From positions 293,217 through 357,216 of the forward strand of contig JBNASD010000001.1 in assembly GCA_049720225.1 (NCBI GenBank): a stretch of 64,000 nucleotides of DNA. Direction: 5' to 3'. The DNA is from Microgenomates group bacterium. GTDB taxonomy: Bacteria > Patescibacteriota > Microgenomatia > PFEM01 > JBNASD01. The position numbers and the translations under genes are program-made. This document shows positions 9,368-18,460 of the stretch, piece after piece; the stretch's first letter is position 1, and each line of letters starts with the position of its first letter. The notes under the pieces were generated by a model. It did no database searches. It saw nothing but the letters and a program-made list of their open reading frames with translations, and was not told the origin of the DNA.

Positions 9368-10393
9368 TTAAGACAATTGGCGAATTTCTGCTTCGATAAA
9401 ACCATCAATTTCTCCATTTAAAATTGCCTCCGGGTCATTACTTTCATAACCAGTTCTTAAATCTTTAACCATTTTATAAGGATGCAAAACATAAGATCTA
9501 ATTTGTGTTCCCCAACTTGCTTTTGTCTTTCCTTGTTTTAATTGTCTTTCTTCTTCCGCTCTTTTTTCTTCCTCTTTTTGCCAAAGTTTTGCTTGTAATA
9601 TTTGTAAAGCAATTTTGCGATTTTGCGCTTGATATCTTTCACTTTGAGAAGTAACCACAATTCCTGTAGGCTTGTGTCTTAATCTTACCGCCGTGGAAAC
9701 TTTTTGAACATTTTGTCCTCCCTGAGAAGAAGCTCGAAAAAACTCCCATTCTAAATCTTCCTCTTTAATTTCAATTTCTTTTTCTTCTAATTGGGGTAAA
9801 ACTTCCACCAATGCAAAAGAGGTTTGTCTTAATCTATCGGCATTAAAAGGAGATTGGCGCACTAACCGATGAGTTCCTGCTTCATGTTTTAAATATCCAT
9901 AAGCGTATGGGGCGTCAATTTTGAAAGTTACACTTTTAATTCCCGCTTCCTCTCCCGGGGTTTCGTCAATTATTTCATAATCCCAATTCCTTTTTTCAAA
10001 ATAACGAAGGTACATTCTTTTTAACATTTCTGCCCAATCCATTGCTTCTGTTCCTCCTTGACCGGCATGGATGGAAAAAATTGCTCCCGAGGAATCATAT
10101 TTTCCTCCTAAAAAAGTTTTTAATTCTAATTTCTGAATTTCTTTTTCCGCTTCTTGTTCTTTTCCTAAGGAAACTAAATTCTCTAATTTTTCTATTTCTT
10201 CTATTTCCTTTTGTAAATCTGCTAGTCTTTTCATTTTTTTACTTGCTTCTTCATGATCTTGCCAAAATTCAGGATTTGCTGAAAGTCTTTGAATTTCCTG
10301 GATTTCTTGAAAAATCTGATCAAAATTAAGCTTTCTTTTTATTTCTTCTATTCTTTGTTTTAAGTCTTTCATTCTTTTAATACCTCCTGACAA
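9368..10393 (-). CDS. prfB: Peptide chain release factor 2
   Basis: It has the SPF tripeptide (SPFNADRLRQTSF) and the GGQ motif (GGQNVQKVSTAVRLRH). The N-terminus reads through where E. coli has its +1 frameshift site, so no programmed frameshift is encoded here. Confidence 0.9.
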   Translation of the reverse strand: MSGGIKRMKDLKQRIEEIKRKLNFDQIFQEIQEIQRLSANPEFWQDHEEASKKMKRLADLQKEIEEIEKLENLVSLGKEQEAEKEIQKLELKTFLGGKYDSSGAIFSIHAGQGGTEAMDWAEMLKRMYLRYFEKRNWDYEIIDETPGEEAGIKSVTFKIDAPYAYGYLKHEAGTHRLVRQSPFNADRLRQTSFALVEVLPQLEEKEIEIKEEDLEWEFFRASSQGGQNVQKVSTAVRLRHKPTGIVVTSQSERYQAQNRKIALQILQAKLWQKEEEKRAEEERQLKQGKTKASWGTQIRSYVLHPYKMVKDLRTGYESNDPEAILNGEIDGFIEAEIRQLS

Positions 10394-10761
10394 AATTCTT
10401 TTAAAACTGCTTTTTTAATTTCTTCCAATTGTTCTTGGGGAAGTTGTCTTAAAATTTCAATAATTTTTTCAGTTTCAATTTTTATTTCATTATTTTCTTT
10501 AGAGGAAGAGTTTTCCTCACTTTTCTTTAATTGCGGAATTTTTTCTTTTAGATTATTATTTTCAGGAATAATTTTTATCGCCTCACCTAAAACTTTTTCT
10601 CCCCAATCTTCTATTTTTCCCTTAATTTCTTCTGTGGGTAAAGAAACTGGTTTTTCTTTTTTTGCTCTTTGCCATTCAGAAAATACTTTAGGAAATAAAG
10701 AAAAAATTATTCCTCCCGCTAAAACTAAAATTATTATTCTTTTTATTCTTTCAAACCACAT
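10369..10761 (-). CDS. Hypothetical N-terminally anchored protein
   Basis: It has a single N-terminal TM and a charged E/K-rich tail. It overlaps the prfB start. Confidence 0.4.
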   Translation of the reverse strand: MWFERIKRIIILVLAGGIIFSLFPKVFSEWQRAKKEKPVSLPTEEIKGKIEDWGEKVLGEAIKIIPENNNLKEKIPQLKKSEENSSSKENNEIKIETEKIIEILRQLPQEQLEEIKKAVLKEFCQEVLKE

Positions 10762-10789
10762 AGGTTATAATTTATTATAATTCAAACAT

Positions 10790-11872
10790 ATGGAGATTAT
10801 AAACACTAAAACTATCAATCCTCAGATAATTAAAAAAATTATCAATGTTCTTAAAAATGGAGGGGTAATTATTTATCCCACCGAAACATGTTATGGAATT
10901 GGAGCGGATGCTACTAATCCTAAGGCAGTAGAAAAAGTTCTTAATTTTAAAGGAGAAAGAAAAGGGAAACCGATTTTAATTGCGGTAGCTGATAAAAAAA
11001 TGGCAGAAGAATATGTAGAAATTAACGAAATCGCCGAAAATCTTTATCAAAAATTTCTTCCCGGACCGGTCGCGGTCGTTTCTAAAAGCAAAGGAAAAGT
11101 AGCCCCGGGTATTGAATCTCCTACCAAAACTTTAGGAATTAGAATCCCTAATTATCCTTTAATTTTAGAAATTATTCGCCAGTTTGGAAAACCAATTACT
11201 TCTACCTCCGCCAATCCTTCAGGAAAAAAACCACCCTATTCTTTAAAAGATTTTTTAAAATACACAAGTGAAAAAAGAAGAGAATTAATAGATATTTTTT
11301 TAGATGGAGGTAAACTTCCTCCTAATCCCCCCTCTACGGTGGTGGATACCACTCTTCAAGAACCAACGGTTTTACGCCAAGGAGAAATTTCCATCCCTGA
11401 TCTCCCCGGACAAAATTTTGTATCCAATTCTGAAGAAGAAACTAAAAATATCGCCAAAACAATTTTTGGCCGTTTACAAAATTTACTCAATTCTTATTGT
11501 TTAATTTTCGCTCTCCAAGGAGAATTAGGAGCAGGAAAAACTCAATTTGCAAAAGGATTAGGAGAGGTTTTGGGAATAAAGGAAAACATTAATTCTCCTA
11601 CCTTTGTTTTAATTAAAGAATATAAATTTAAAATACTTGAACATTCTGGAACTTTTTTTCATATCGATACATGGCGAATTAAAACAGAAGAAGAGCTTTT
11701 AGATCTTGGTTTAGAAAAAATGATTAAACCAGGAAATATTGTCGCCATCGAATGGCTTCAAAAAGTTCGTGATCTTTTGGAAAAAATTAGTAAAGAAAAA
11801 AAAGCAAAAGTAATTTGGATAACAATTGAAATTTTAAGCGAAAATAAAAGAAGAATAAAATATAAAATTTAA
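10790..11872 (+). CDS. tsaC-tsaE: Fused L-threonylcarbamoyladenylate synthase (TsaC/YrdC domain) and t6A P-loop protein TsaE
   Basis: The N-terminal roughly 200 aa is a YrdC fold (IIYPTETCYGIGADATNPKAVEKV...KPILIAVAD). The C-terminal roughly 150 aa is TsaE/YjeE (LQGELGAGKTQFAKGLGEVLGI...SPTFVLIKEY...HIDTWRI). Confidence 0.8.
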   Translation: MEIINTKTINPQIIKKIINVLKNGGVIIYPTETCYGIGADATNPKAVEKVLNFKGERKGKPILIAVADKKMAEEYVEINEIAENLYQKFLPGPVAVVSKSKGKVAPGIESPTKTLGIRIPNYPLILEIIRQFGKPITSTSANPSGKKPPYSLKDFLKYTSEKRRELIDIFLDGGKLPPNPPSTVVDTTLQEPTVLRQGEISIPDLPGQNFVSNSEEETKNIAKTIFGRLQNLLNSYCLIFALQGELGAGKTQFAKGLGEVLGIKENINSPTFVLIKEYKFKILEHSGTFFHIDTWRIKTEEELLDLGLEKMIKPGNIVAIEWLQKVRDLLEKISKEKKAKVIWITIEILSENKRRIKYKI

Positions 11873-13092
11873 CTATTCAAAAAATCTAACGCAGTCAAGG
11901 CATAAACTTTAGTTACTTCAATTAAACTATCAACTTCAACATATTTATCTTTACTGTGCATTCCTCCTCCATCACACCCAAAGTTAACTGCCGGAATTCC
12001 TTTAGAAATAAACATCCACATATCGCTCCAAGGACCAGAACCCTCAATGGCGGGACTCTTTCCAAGAATTTTTTCAGCATTTTTCTTTAAAATATTTACA
12101 ATCAATTCATTCTTTTTTATAAAAACAGCAGGAACATAAACAAGAGGTATTAGTTTGTAATTTAGTCCTAACTTATCAATTTTATTTTTAATCTTCTTCT
12201 CTATAGATCTTTGAGTTATTCCCGGCAAAATCCTCATATCCCCAAAAGCAATACACACATCAGGGACAACATTAATTGCTTTCCCTCCCTCTAATGAAGT
12301 AGGAAAAGTTAAAATATTTTTCCTCCCAGGAAAAATTGGGTGTTCTTTTTTAGGAAATTTAATTTTTTGAAAAGCATTAATTATTTTTACCATTTCAATT
12401 ATTGCGTTTTTTCCTTTTATTTTCTGTTCCCATTCTCTCGAACCAGTATGAACAGATTCCCCAAAAGTTTCGATTTTAAATCGATATCCCCCCTTATTTC
12501 CAATAGTAATCTTTTGAGCACCAGGTTCGCCAATTATAGCAGCATCACCGGTATATCCTTTCTCTAAAAGATAATAAGTTCCAAATTTAGAAGCGGCCAT
12601 TGGTTCTTCATCAATCACAAACTGTAAAAGAACTTTTCCTTTTAGTTCTTTTTCAAAATCCAAAAGAGCTTTAATCATAAAAACATAACAACATAATGCC
12701 GATTTCATATCTAAAGCTCCACAGCCATAAATTTTTTTATCTCTAATTATTCCCCTAAAAGGATCCACCCCCCATTCTTCTGTAGGTGGTACCGTATCCA
12801 TATGACCATTAAAAATTAAGGTTTTTCTTCCTTTTCCTAAAACACAAACTACATTTGGTCTTTTAATAGATAATCCTTCGTATTTTGGTTTAAGACCAAA
12901 ACTTTTAAGTTTTTTAAATATCAATTGAGCTACCCCTTTTTCTATAGGAACGTCTGGTTTTGATTCTAAAGGATTTTTAGTAAAATAATTAACAGAAGGA
13001 ATTTGAATTAATTTTTTTAAAAAATTTATTTCTTCTTTTTTTGATTTCTCTATTTTTTTAATAATTTCTTTTTTAATTCTGTCTATATCCAC
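11869..13092 (-). CDS. M20 family metallopeptidase (ArgE/DapE-like deacylase)
   Basis: It has HMDTVPP, the DMKSAL metal-binding Asp, IDEEP, and C-terminal dimerisation-domain-like sequence. Confidence 0.75.
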   Translation of the reverse strand: MDIDRIKKEIIKKIEKSKKEEINFLKKLIQIPSVNYFTKNPLESKPDVPIEKGVAQLIFKKLKSFGLKPKYEGLSIKRPNVVCVLGKGRKTLIFNGHMDTVPPTEEWGVDPFRGIIRDKKIYGCGALDMKSALCCYVFMIKALLDFEKELKGKVLLQFVIDEEPMAASKFGTYYLLEKGYTGDAAIIGEPGAQKITIGNKGGYRFKIETFGESVHTGSREWEQKIKGKNAIIEMVKIINAFQKIKFPKKEHPIFPGRKNILTFPTSLEGGKAINVVPDVCIAFGDMRILPGITQRSIEKKIKNKIDKLGLNYKLIPLVYVPAVFIKKNELIVNILKKNAEKILGKSPAIEGSGPWSDMWMFISKGIPAVNFGCDGGGMHSKDKYVEVDSLIEVTKVYALTALDFLNS

Positions 13093-13104
13093 TTTAAATT
13101 TATA

Positions 13105-14205
13105 TTATATCAAACATTCCAATTCTTTTAACATTCTCTGATTTTTTCTCAAAGAAAAATAATCCCTAGCCGGCTGAAGAATCTCAATTAAAGTTTCTGC
13201 CACCGCATTTTTCAAATCTTGAGGGTGGAGAGATTCATTTTCATAATCTTCTTTTAGTTTTTTAAAATTATCATAAATTACATCTCCACCATATTCTGCT
13301 AATCGTTTAACTTCTAATCTTCTTTTTAAAGGAAAAATTAAGTGTTTTGTCCAATCTAAAACCGGATTAAATTCCGTTTCCTTTGGAGGGCAAAAAGCAT
13401 TGTTAATTTTTTGACGAATTTCTTCTGGCGAATCATGAATAAAAACACAACTTTCTGGTTTTGATTTACTCATCTTCATTGATATCCAAACTTCCCGAAG
13501 CTTATCTTTCGGCACTGGCCAAATTGGTGGTTTTCCCAAACCTAATAAAATATGATTATGCAAAGCTACCGGTTTGTAGCCGGCAACTTTTTCTCCCACC
13601 TCTCTTGCCAATACATGGGCTTTTCGTTGATCCATTCCTCCATGGGCGATATCTACTTTAAGACCAAAAATATCGGTTACTTGTAAAGGAGGATAAAGCA
13701 TTAAACCAAACTCTACCGTTTCCCCTGCCTGACGACCAGCAATCGATAAAGATTTTTTTACTCGAGAAAGAGTTAATTCTTTACAAACTTTGACAAAAGT
13801 AACCCAATACTCATCGTTATGATGATATAAATCCGAACCTAAAACAAATTTTATTTTTTCCGGATCTCCACCAACGCATTTTAATGAGGCTTTTAAACCC
13901 TCTTTAAAATAACCAACCGCTACTTTTTTAATTACTTTCAAATCTCCGCCTAATTTATTATTAAGCCAAGTGTGCCAATCCGCCAATAAAATTATGCATT
14001 CTACCCCAAGATCCTGAAGTGTTTTCACTACCATCATTGTGGCTAAGCCAGTACCTAAATGAATCTTTCCGGAAATTTCAAAACCAATATAATGCCGAAG
14101 TTTCTTTTTTGATTTAAGAAAGGATTTTAAGTCTTCGGGGGTTAAAATTTCTTCGCAAACGGAGGAAATAATTTCAATCTTTCGCTCTAATTTTAAATTT
14201 TTCAT
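13105..14205 (-). CDS. tyrS: Tyrosyl-tRNA synthetase, archaeal/eukaryotic type
   Basis: The class I HIGH-type motif is GKIHLGT and the KMSKS motif is MKMSKSKP. There is a close block-by-block resemblance to archaeal TyrRS (IGFEISGKIHLG, DSPEEIRQKINNAFCP, LHPQDLKNAVAETLIEILQP). Confidence 0.8.
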   Translation of the reverse strand: MKNLKLERKIEIISSVCEEILTPEDLKSFLKSKKKLRHYIGFEISGKIHLGTGLATMMVVKTLQDLGVECIILLADWHTWLNNKLGGDLKVIKKVAVGYFKEGLKASLKCVGGDPEKIKFVLGSDLYHHNDEYWVTFVKVCKELTLSRVKKSLSIAGRQAGETVEFGLMLYPPLQVTDIFGLKVDIAHGGMDQRKAHVLAREVGEKVAGYKPVALHNHILLGLGKPPIWPVPKDKLREVWISMKMSKSKPESCVFIHDSPEEIRQKINNAFCPPKETEFNPVLDWTKHLIFPLKRRLEVKRLAEYGGDVIYDNFKKLKEDYENESLHPQDLKNAVAETLIEILQPARDYFSLRKNQRMLKELECLI

Positions 14206-14232
14206 TTTTAATTTTTAATTTTTAAATGATTT

Positions 14233-14318
14233 TGGTCCAGGGGGGAGGATTCGAACCTCCGCAGGCATACGCCGACGGTTTTACAGACCGTTCCGTTTGG
14301 CCACTCCGGCACCCCTGG
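14233..14318 (-). tRNA. tRNA-Tyr (anticodon GTA), type II with a long variable arm
   Basis: I folded it by eye on the reverse strand. The acceptor stem is CCAGGGG/CCCCTGG. The anticodon stem ACGGT/ACCGT holds the loop CTGTAAA. A long variable arm and the T-arm GGAGGTTCGAATCCTCC follow. Discriminator A and CCA are encoded. It lies directly downstream of tyrS. Confidence 0.85.
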
Positions 14319-14334
14319 GAATATTCTAATTTTA

Positions 14335-14739
14335 TCACACTAATCTCAATTTCTCCACTAATTCTTTTGCTTTTTCTGGTGGCAGTTGTTTTCTTTCTCC
14401 TAAAGCAAAAAGTTTTAGATTATAAGCGGAAGGCAAAAGATGAATATGAGCATGAGGAACTTCCGTTCCCCAAATTAAACTAGCCACAAATTCATCTTGA
14501 AATACTTTTTGGTAATGAACGGCAATTTTTTTTACTACTTCAAAATATCTTCCCAATTCTGGTACCTGCCAAACCCATTGATAATGCTTTTTAGGAATTA
14601 CTAAAGTATGGCCATCAACAAAAGGATTAATATCTAAAAAAGCCAAGAAATCTTTATCTTCGTAAATTTTCCAACAAAGAATTTCTCCGCTAACAATTTT
14701 ACAAAATATACAGTCTTTCATAAAAATTCCAATGTTCAA
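14335..14739 (-). CDS. HIT family (histidine triad) hydrolase
   Basis: It has CIFCKI, HTLVIPKKH and the HxHxH triad HAHIHLLP. Confidence 0.85.
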   Translation of the reverse strand: MNIGIFMKDCIFCKIVSGEILCWKIYEDKDFLAFLDINPFVDGHTLVIPKKHYQWVWQVPELGRYFEVVKKIAVHYQKVFQDEFVASLIWGTEVPHAHIHLLPSAYNLKLFALGERKQLPPEKAKELVEKLRLV

Positions 14740-14781
14740 ATACTCAAATATTAAAAAAACTAAAAAAATTATTTCAAAGTC

Positions 14782-15135
14782 TTACCTACTTTTATTTATG
14801 ATACTAGTAAAAATATACACAAATTCTTTCGCCTCTGCAATCAATGAATCAAATTCTTTTTCGAACCGATTAATACTCCTTTTTAAACCAAATAACCACA
14901 ATTGACATTCCTTTGCTTCTTTACGGGAAATTTTTACTTTATGAATGAAATCTTTTTTACTTTCACTTTCACTAGCTTCACACCAATTAGCTCCAATTGA
15001 ACCAGCGCTAGCAATTAATTGTTCTACTTGCCTTTTAGTAATAGGGTTTATAGGAATTTTCTTACAAAGATCAATTATTTTCTCAAAATAATTTTTTGTT
15101 CTTTCCTCTAAATCAAATTTTCTCTCTTTTTCCAT
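14782..15135 (-). CDS. Four-helix-bundle protein (23S rRNA intervening-sequence protein family)
   Basis: GSIGANWCEASESESKKDFIHKVKISRKEAKECQLWL matches the signature of this family. Confidence 0.75.
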   Translation of the reverse strand: MEKERKFDLEERTKNYFEKIIDLCKKIPINPITKRQVEQLIASAGSIGANWCEASESESKKDFIHKVKISRKEAKECQLWLFGLKRSINRFEKEFDSLIAEAKEFVYIFTSIINKSR

Positions 15136-15223
15136 TTTAAATTTTATTTTACTTTGAACATTGGATTTTTGAATATTTGAACATTTTTACAATTTCAATT
15201 AAATTAAATGATAAAATAAAAAA

Positions 15224-16279
15224 ATGACAAATATCAACATCAAAAAAGGATTTACTATTTTAGCGATTGATACTAGTTGTGACGAAACCTCGGTAGCAAT
15301 CACCGAAGATGATAAGGTTTTAGTAAACATTGTTTCCTCACAAATTAAATATCACCAAAAATACGGAGGAGTCGTTCCCCATTTAGCCCGTCAAATTCAC
15401 CAAAAATTTCTTCCTTTAGCAATTAAAGAAGCATTGAAAAGAGGAGGAAAAAAATTTAAAGATATTAATTCTTTAGCAGTAACTATCGGTCCAGGACTAG
15501 CCCCGGCGTTAGAAGTAGGAATTGCAGAAGCAAAAAAACTTGCCCATATTTATCAATTACCAATAATTGCTGTCAATCATATGGAAGCTCATCTTTTATC
15601 TTCTTTTGCAAAAAACTCTAAAGGAAAAGGTGGATTTTCACCTGTCTTTCCAATCATTGGTCTTTTAGTTTCTGGTGGCCATACTCAATTAGTGTTAATG
15701 AAAAACTTCGGTGATTATAAACTCTTAGGAGAAACTGTTGACGATGCCGCAGGAGAAGCTTTTGATAAGGTAGCTAAAATGCTTAATTTAGGTTATCCTG
15801 GTGGTCCAATTATTTCTCAATTAGCCAAAGAGGGAAAACCAAAATATCAACTTCCTATTCCGATGATTAAATCAGGAGATTTAAACTTCAGTTTTTCTGG
15901 ACTTAAAACTGCCTGTTTGTATTTTTTGGAAAAAATTCCGGAAGAGAAAAAAAATCGCCAATTTATTTGTGATTTTTGCGCTTCTTTTGAAAAAACAGTC
16001 GCCCTTGCTTTAGCGATTAAATTAGAAATGGCAATTAAAAAATATCATCCTCACCAAATCGTTTTAGGAGGTGGAGTGATTAACAATTTAACTATCAGAA
16101 AGGAAATTCGCAAAGTGGCAAAAAAATTTAATCTTAAAGTATTTATTCCCTATACATCAAAACTTTTAACCGATAACGCAGGAATGATAGGAGTTTGCGC
16201 TTGGTATCAGGCAAAGAAAGGAGATTTTGTAAAAGATATCAAAAAATTAGATCGCTTACCAAATCTAAACTTTAAATAA
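15224..16279 (+). CDS. tsaD: tRNA N6-adenosine threonylcarbamoyltransferase
   Basis: It has ILAIDTSCDETSVAI, the HMEAHL metal-binding His pair and VSGGH, with the length typical of Kae1/TsaD. Confidence 0.9.
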   Translation: MTNINIKKGFTILAIDTSCDETSVAITEDDKVLVNIVSSQIKYHQKYGGVVPHLARQIHQKFLPLAIKEALKRGGKKFKDINSLAVTIGPGLAPALEVGIAEAKKLAHIYQLPIIAVNHMEAHLLSSFAKNSKGKGGFSPVFPIIGLLVSGGHTQLVLMKNFGDYKLLGETVDDAAGEAFDKVAKMLNLGYPGGPIISQLAKEGKPKYQLPIPMIKSGDLNFSFSGLKTACLYFLEKIPEEKKNRQFICDFCASFEKTVALALAIKLEMAIKKYHPHQIVLGGGVINNLTIRKEIRKVAKKFNLKVFIPYTSKLLTDNAGMIGVCAWYQAKKGDFVKDIKKLDRLPNLNFK

Positions 16280-16308
16280 TTAAACTATTAAATTTAATTA
16301 ATTAAACT

Positions 16309-16914
16309 ATGAATTTTCTTCAAAAAATTATCACCGGTTATTTAGCCGGCCTTTCAGTAGGAGTTTATTGCTTAGGAATTTGTTTGTCTGTTTTTTTACC
16401 AATATTACTTTCCCAAGAAAGAACTCCTAAAAAAAGTTTTTGGTTAGTAATTGAATTTTCTTTAGGAAGATTAATCGGTTATTTATTTTTTGGTTTAATT
16501 TTTGGTTGGTTAGGAGAAACTTTAAAAAGTGATTTCATTCATACTATTGTCTTATTAACTAATCTTTGGTTGGGAATTTTAATGATTCTTTATTCTTTAG
16601 GAACTATTAATCAAAAATTTTGCCCTGGAAAATTATTTAATAAATTAAAGTGGCCATTTTTATTGGGTTTTTTAACAGGAGTAAATATTTGCCCTCCTTT
16701 TTTAGCTTCTTTAACTTATGTTTTTAACTTAAAAAATGTCATTTTTTCTTTAATTTACTTTCTTTTTTTCTTTTTAGGAACAAGTACTTATATTATTCCA
16801 ACTGCTATTTTTGGTTTTACTACCAAAATAATTTTAATTCAAAAAATCGCCAAAATTGGAGGATTTTTAGCGGGATTTTATTTTGTTGCTCAAAGTTTGT
16901 TTAAAATAATTTAA
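16309..16914 (+). CDS. Integral membrane protein with 6 TM and TM cysteines; possibly CcdA/DsbD-like
   Basis: It is hydrophobic throughout. Cys sit within TM1 (VYCLGICLS) and a later TM (GVNICPPF). The family assignment is tentative. Confidence 0.4.
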   Translation: MNFLQKIITGYLAGLSVGVYCLGICLSVFLPILLSQERTPKKSFWLVIEFSLGRLIGYLFFGLIFGWLGETLKSDFIHTIVLLTNLWLGILMILYSLGTINQKFCPGKLFNKLKWPFLLGFLTGVNICPPFLASLTYVFNLKNVIFSLIYFLFFFLGTSTYIIPTAIFGFTTKIILIQKIAKIGGFLAGFYFVAQSLFKII

Positions 16915-17406
16915 CCGCTCAATTAGATGTAAAAAAGCTACCAATCCAAACACTATTCCCAACTGATCATGCCAAAAATAATAATTAGCAATTTTAATAT
17001 TCAAAAACAATAAAAATCCGCTAATTCCTACCGGTAAAAAAGAAGCCAAAAGGATTAAATTCCAAAATAACCGAAAATTTAGAGGAGAAAAAAATTTTTT
17101 AGTCAAAAAATAAGAAATTAAAATTAAAAAAACAATTATTAAAAAATTACCAACGGAAAAATTTCTTTCAGTTGAGGAATTTTTTATCGGTGAGGGAGGA
17201 GGTTCACTATGATCACAAATTTGGTTATTATTAGTATCAAGATAACGAGAGCATTGACCTGGATACGGATCATTAACTTCTCCAAACGGACAATCTAACC
17301 AAGCTTTAACCGGAGAGGCTAATAAAAATGTTAAAATTAAAAATATGAAAAAAAGCCTAATCGGGACAGGAATTATTGTCTTCGGCATTATTCTCTCCTT
17401 AATCAT
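16867..17406 (-). CDS. Hypothetical membrane protein with a Cys-rich extracytoplasmic segment
   Basis: It has a signal-peptide-like N-terminus, then CPFGEVNDPYPGQCSRYLDTNNNQICDHSE, then 3 TM. Its 5' end overlaps the radical SAM gene head-to-head, so one of the two starts is uncertain. Confidence 0.4.
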   Translation of the reverse strand: MIKERIMPKTIIPVPIRLFFIFLILTFLLASPVKAWLDCPFGEVNDPYPGQCSRYLDTNNNQICDHSEPPPSPIKNSSTERNFSVGNFLIIVFLILISYFLTKKFFSPLNFRLFWNLILLASFLPVGISGFLLFLNIKIANYYFWHDQLGIVFGLVAFLHLIERLNYFKQTLSNKIKSR

Positions 17407-18460
17407 TTTAGCAAAAACTCCTAAGGAAGAAAAATCCGCTTTAAAAAATCTTTACGAGGCTCAATTTTATCAACAATTAGAAAACGGTAAAGTTCAATGT
17501 AATCTATGTCCTAATCGCTGTTTATTGAGTTTAGGTCAAAGAGGGTTATGTAAAGTAAGAGAAAATATTGGCGGTAAACTTTACTCTTTAGTTTACGGAA
17601 AACCAGTCACTACCGCTGTTGATCCAATTGAAAAAAAACCATTTTATCATTTTTTACCAGGAGCCAAAACTTATTCTTTAGCAACTGCTGGTTGTAATTT
17701 AGCTTGTAAATACTGCCAAAATTGGGATATTGCTCAAAGATTTCCTGAAGATATCCAAACTATCCCAATGACTCCCCAACAGGTAGTTGAAGAGGCTTTA
17801 AAATCTGGTTCTCAGGTAATTGCTTTTACTTATAACGAACCAATTATTTGGTATGAATATATGTTAGATATTGCTAAATTAGCAAAAGAAAAAGGATTGC
17901 GAACAGTAATGATTTCTAATGGTTATATTAATCAACAACCATTGAAAGAAATTTTAAATTATTTAGATGCCGTTAAAATTGATCTTAAATCTTTTAATAA
18001 TGATACCTATATGAAACTAATTGGAGGCAAATTGGAACCAGTCTTAGAAAGCATTAAAACCGTTTATCAATCAGGAAAATGGTTAGAAATTGTTTGGCTA
18101 GTGGTTCCAGGATACACTGATAATTTAGAAGAAATAAAATCTGCCTGTAAATGGATTAAAGAAAATACTAGCGAAAATATTCCTATCCATTTTTCTCGCT
18201 TTTGGCCAAAATATAAGCTCACCAACCTTCCTCCTACTCCCGAAGAAACACTTAAAAAAGCAAGAAAAGTTTGTTTAGAAGTAGGAATGAAATATGTTTA
18301 TACGGGAAATATTGACGATGAAGAAGGAAGTATTACTTATTGCCCAACTAATAAAAAACCCTTAATTAAAAGAGTTGGTTACTTTATTAAGGAAAACTTA
18401 ATTAATCCGGAAGGAAAATCTCCCAATTGCCCAGAAATTATCCCCGGAGTTTGGCAATAG
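17345..18460 (+). CDS. amrS: AmmeMemoRadiSam system radical SAM enzyme
   Basis: It has the N-terminal accessory Cys cluster CNLCPNRC, the radical SAM motif CNLACKYCQNW and DPIEKKPFYHF. The predicted N-terminal TM anchor is unusual for this family. Confidence 0.8.
   Translation: MKKSLIGTGIIVFGIILSLIILAKTPKEEKSALKNLYEAQFYQQLENGKVQCNLCPNRCLLSLGQRGLCKVRENIGGKLYSLVYGKPVTTAVDPIEKKPFYHFLPGAKTYSLATAGCNLACKYCQNWDIAQRFPEDIQTIPMTPQQVVEEALKSGSQVIAFTYNEPIIWYEYMLDIAKLAKEKGLRTVMISNGYINQQPLKEILNYLDAVKIDLKSFNNDTYMKLIGGKLEPVLESIKTVYQSGKWLEIVWLVVPGYTDNLEEIKSACKWIKENTSENIPIHFSRFWPKYKLTNLPPTPEETLKKARKVCLEVGMKYVYTGNIDDEEGSITYCPTNKKPLIKRVGYFIKENLINPEGKSPNCPEIIPGVWQ

Noticed and set aside
14226-14483. 85-aa plus-strand ORF beginning MILVQGGGFEPP
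   Set aside because: GGFEPP is the classic translation of a tRNA T-arm read in antisense. The DNA encodes tRNA-Tyr on the minus strand and the HIT gene 3' end.
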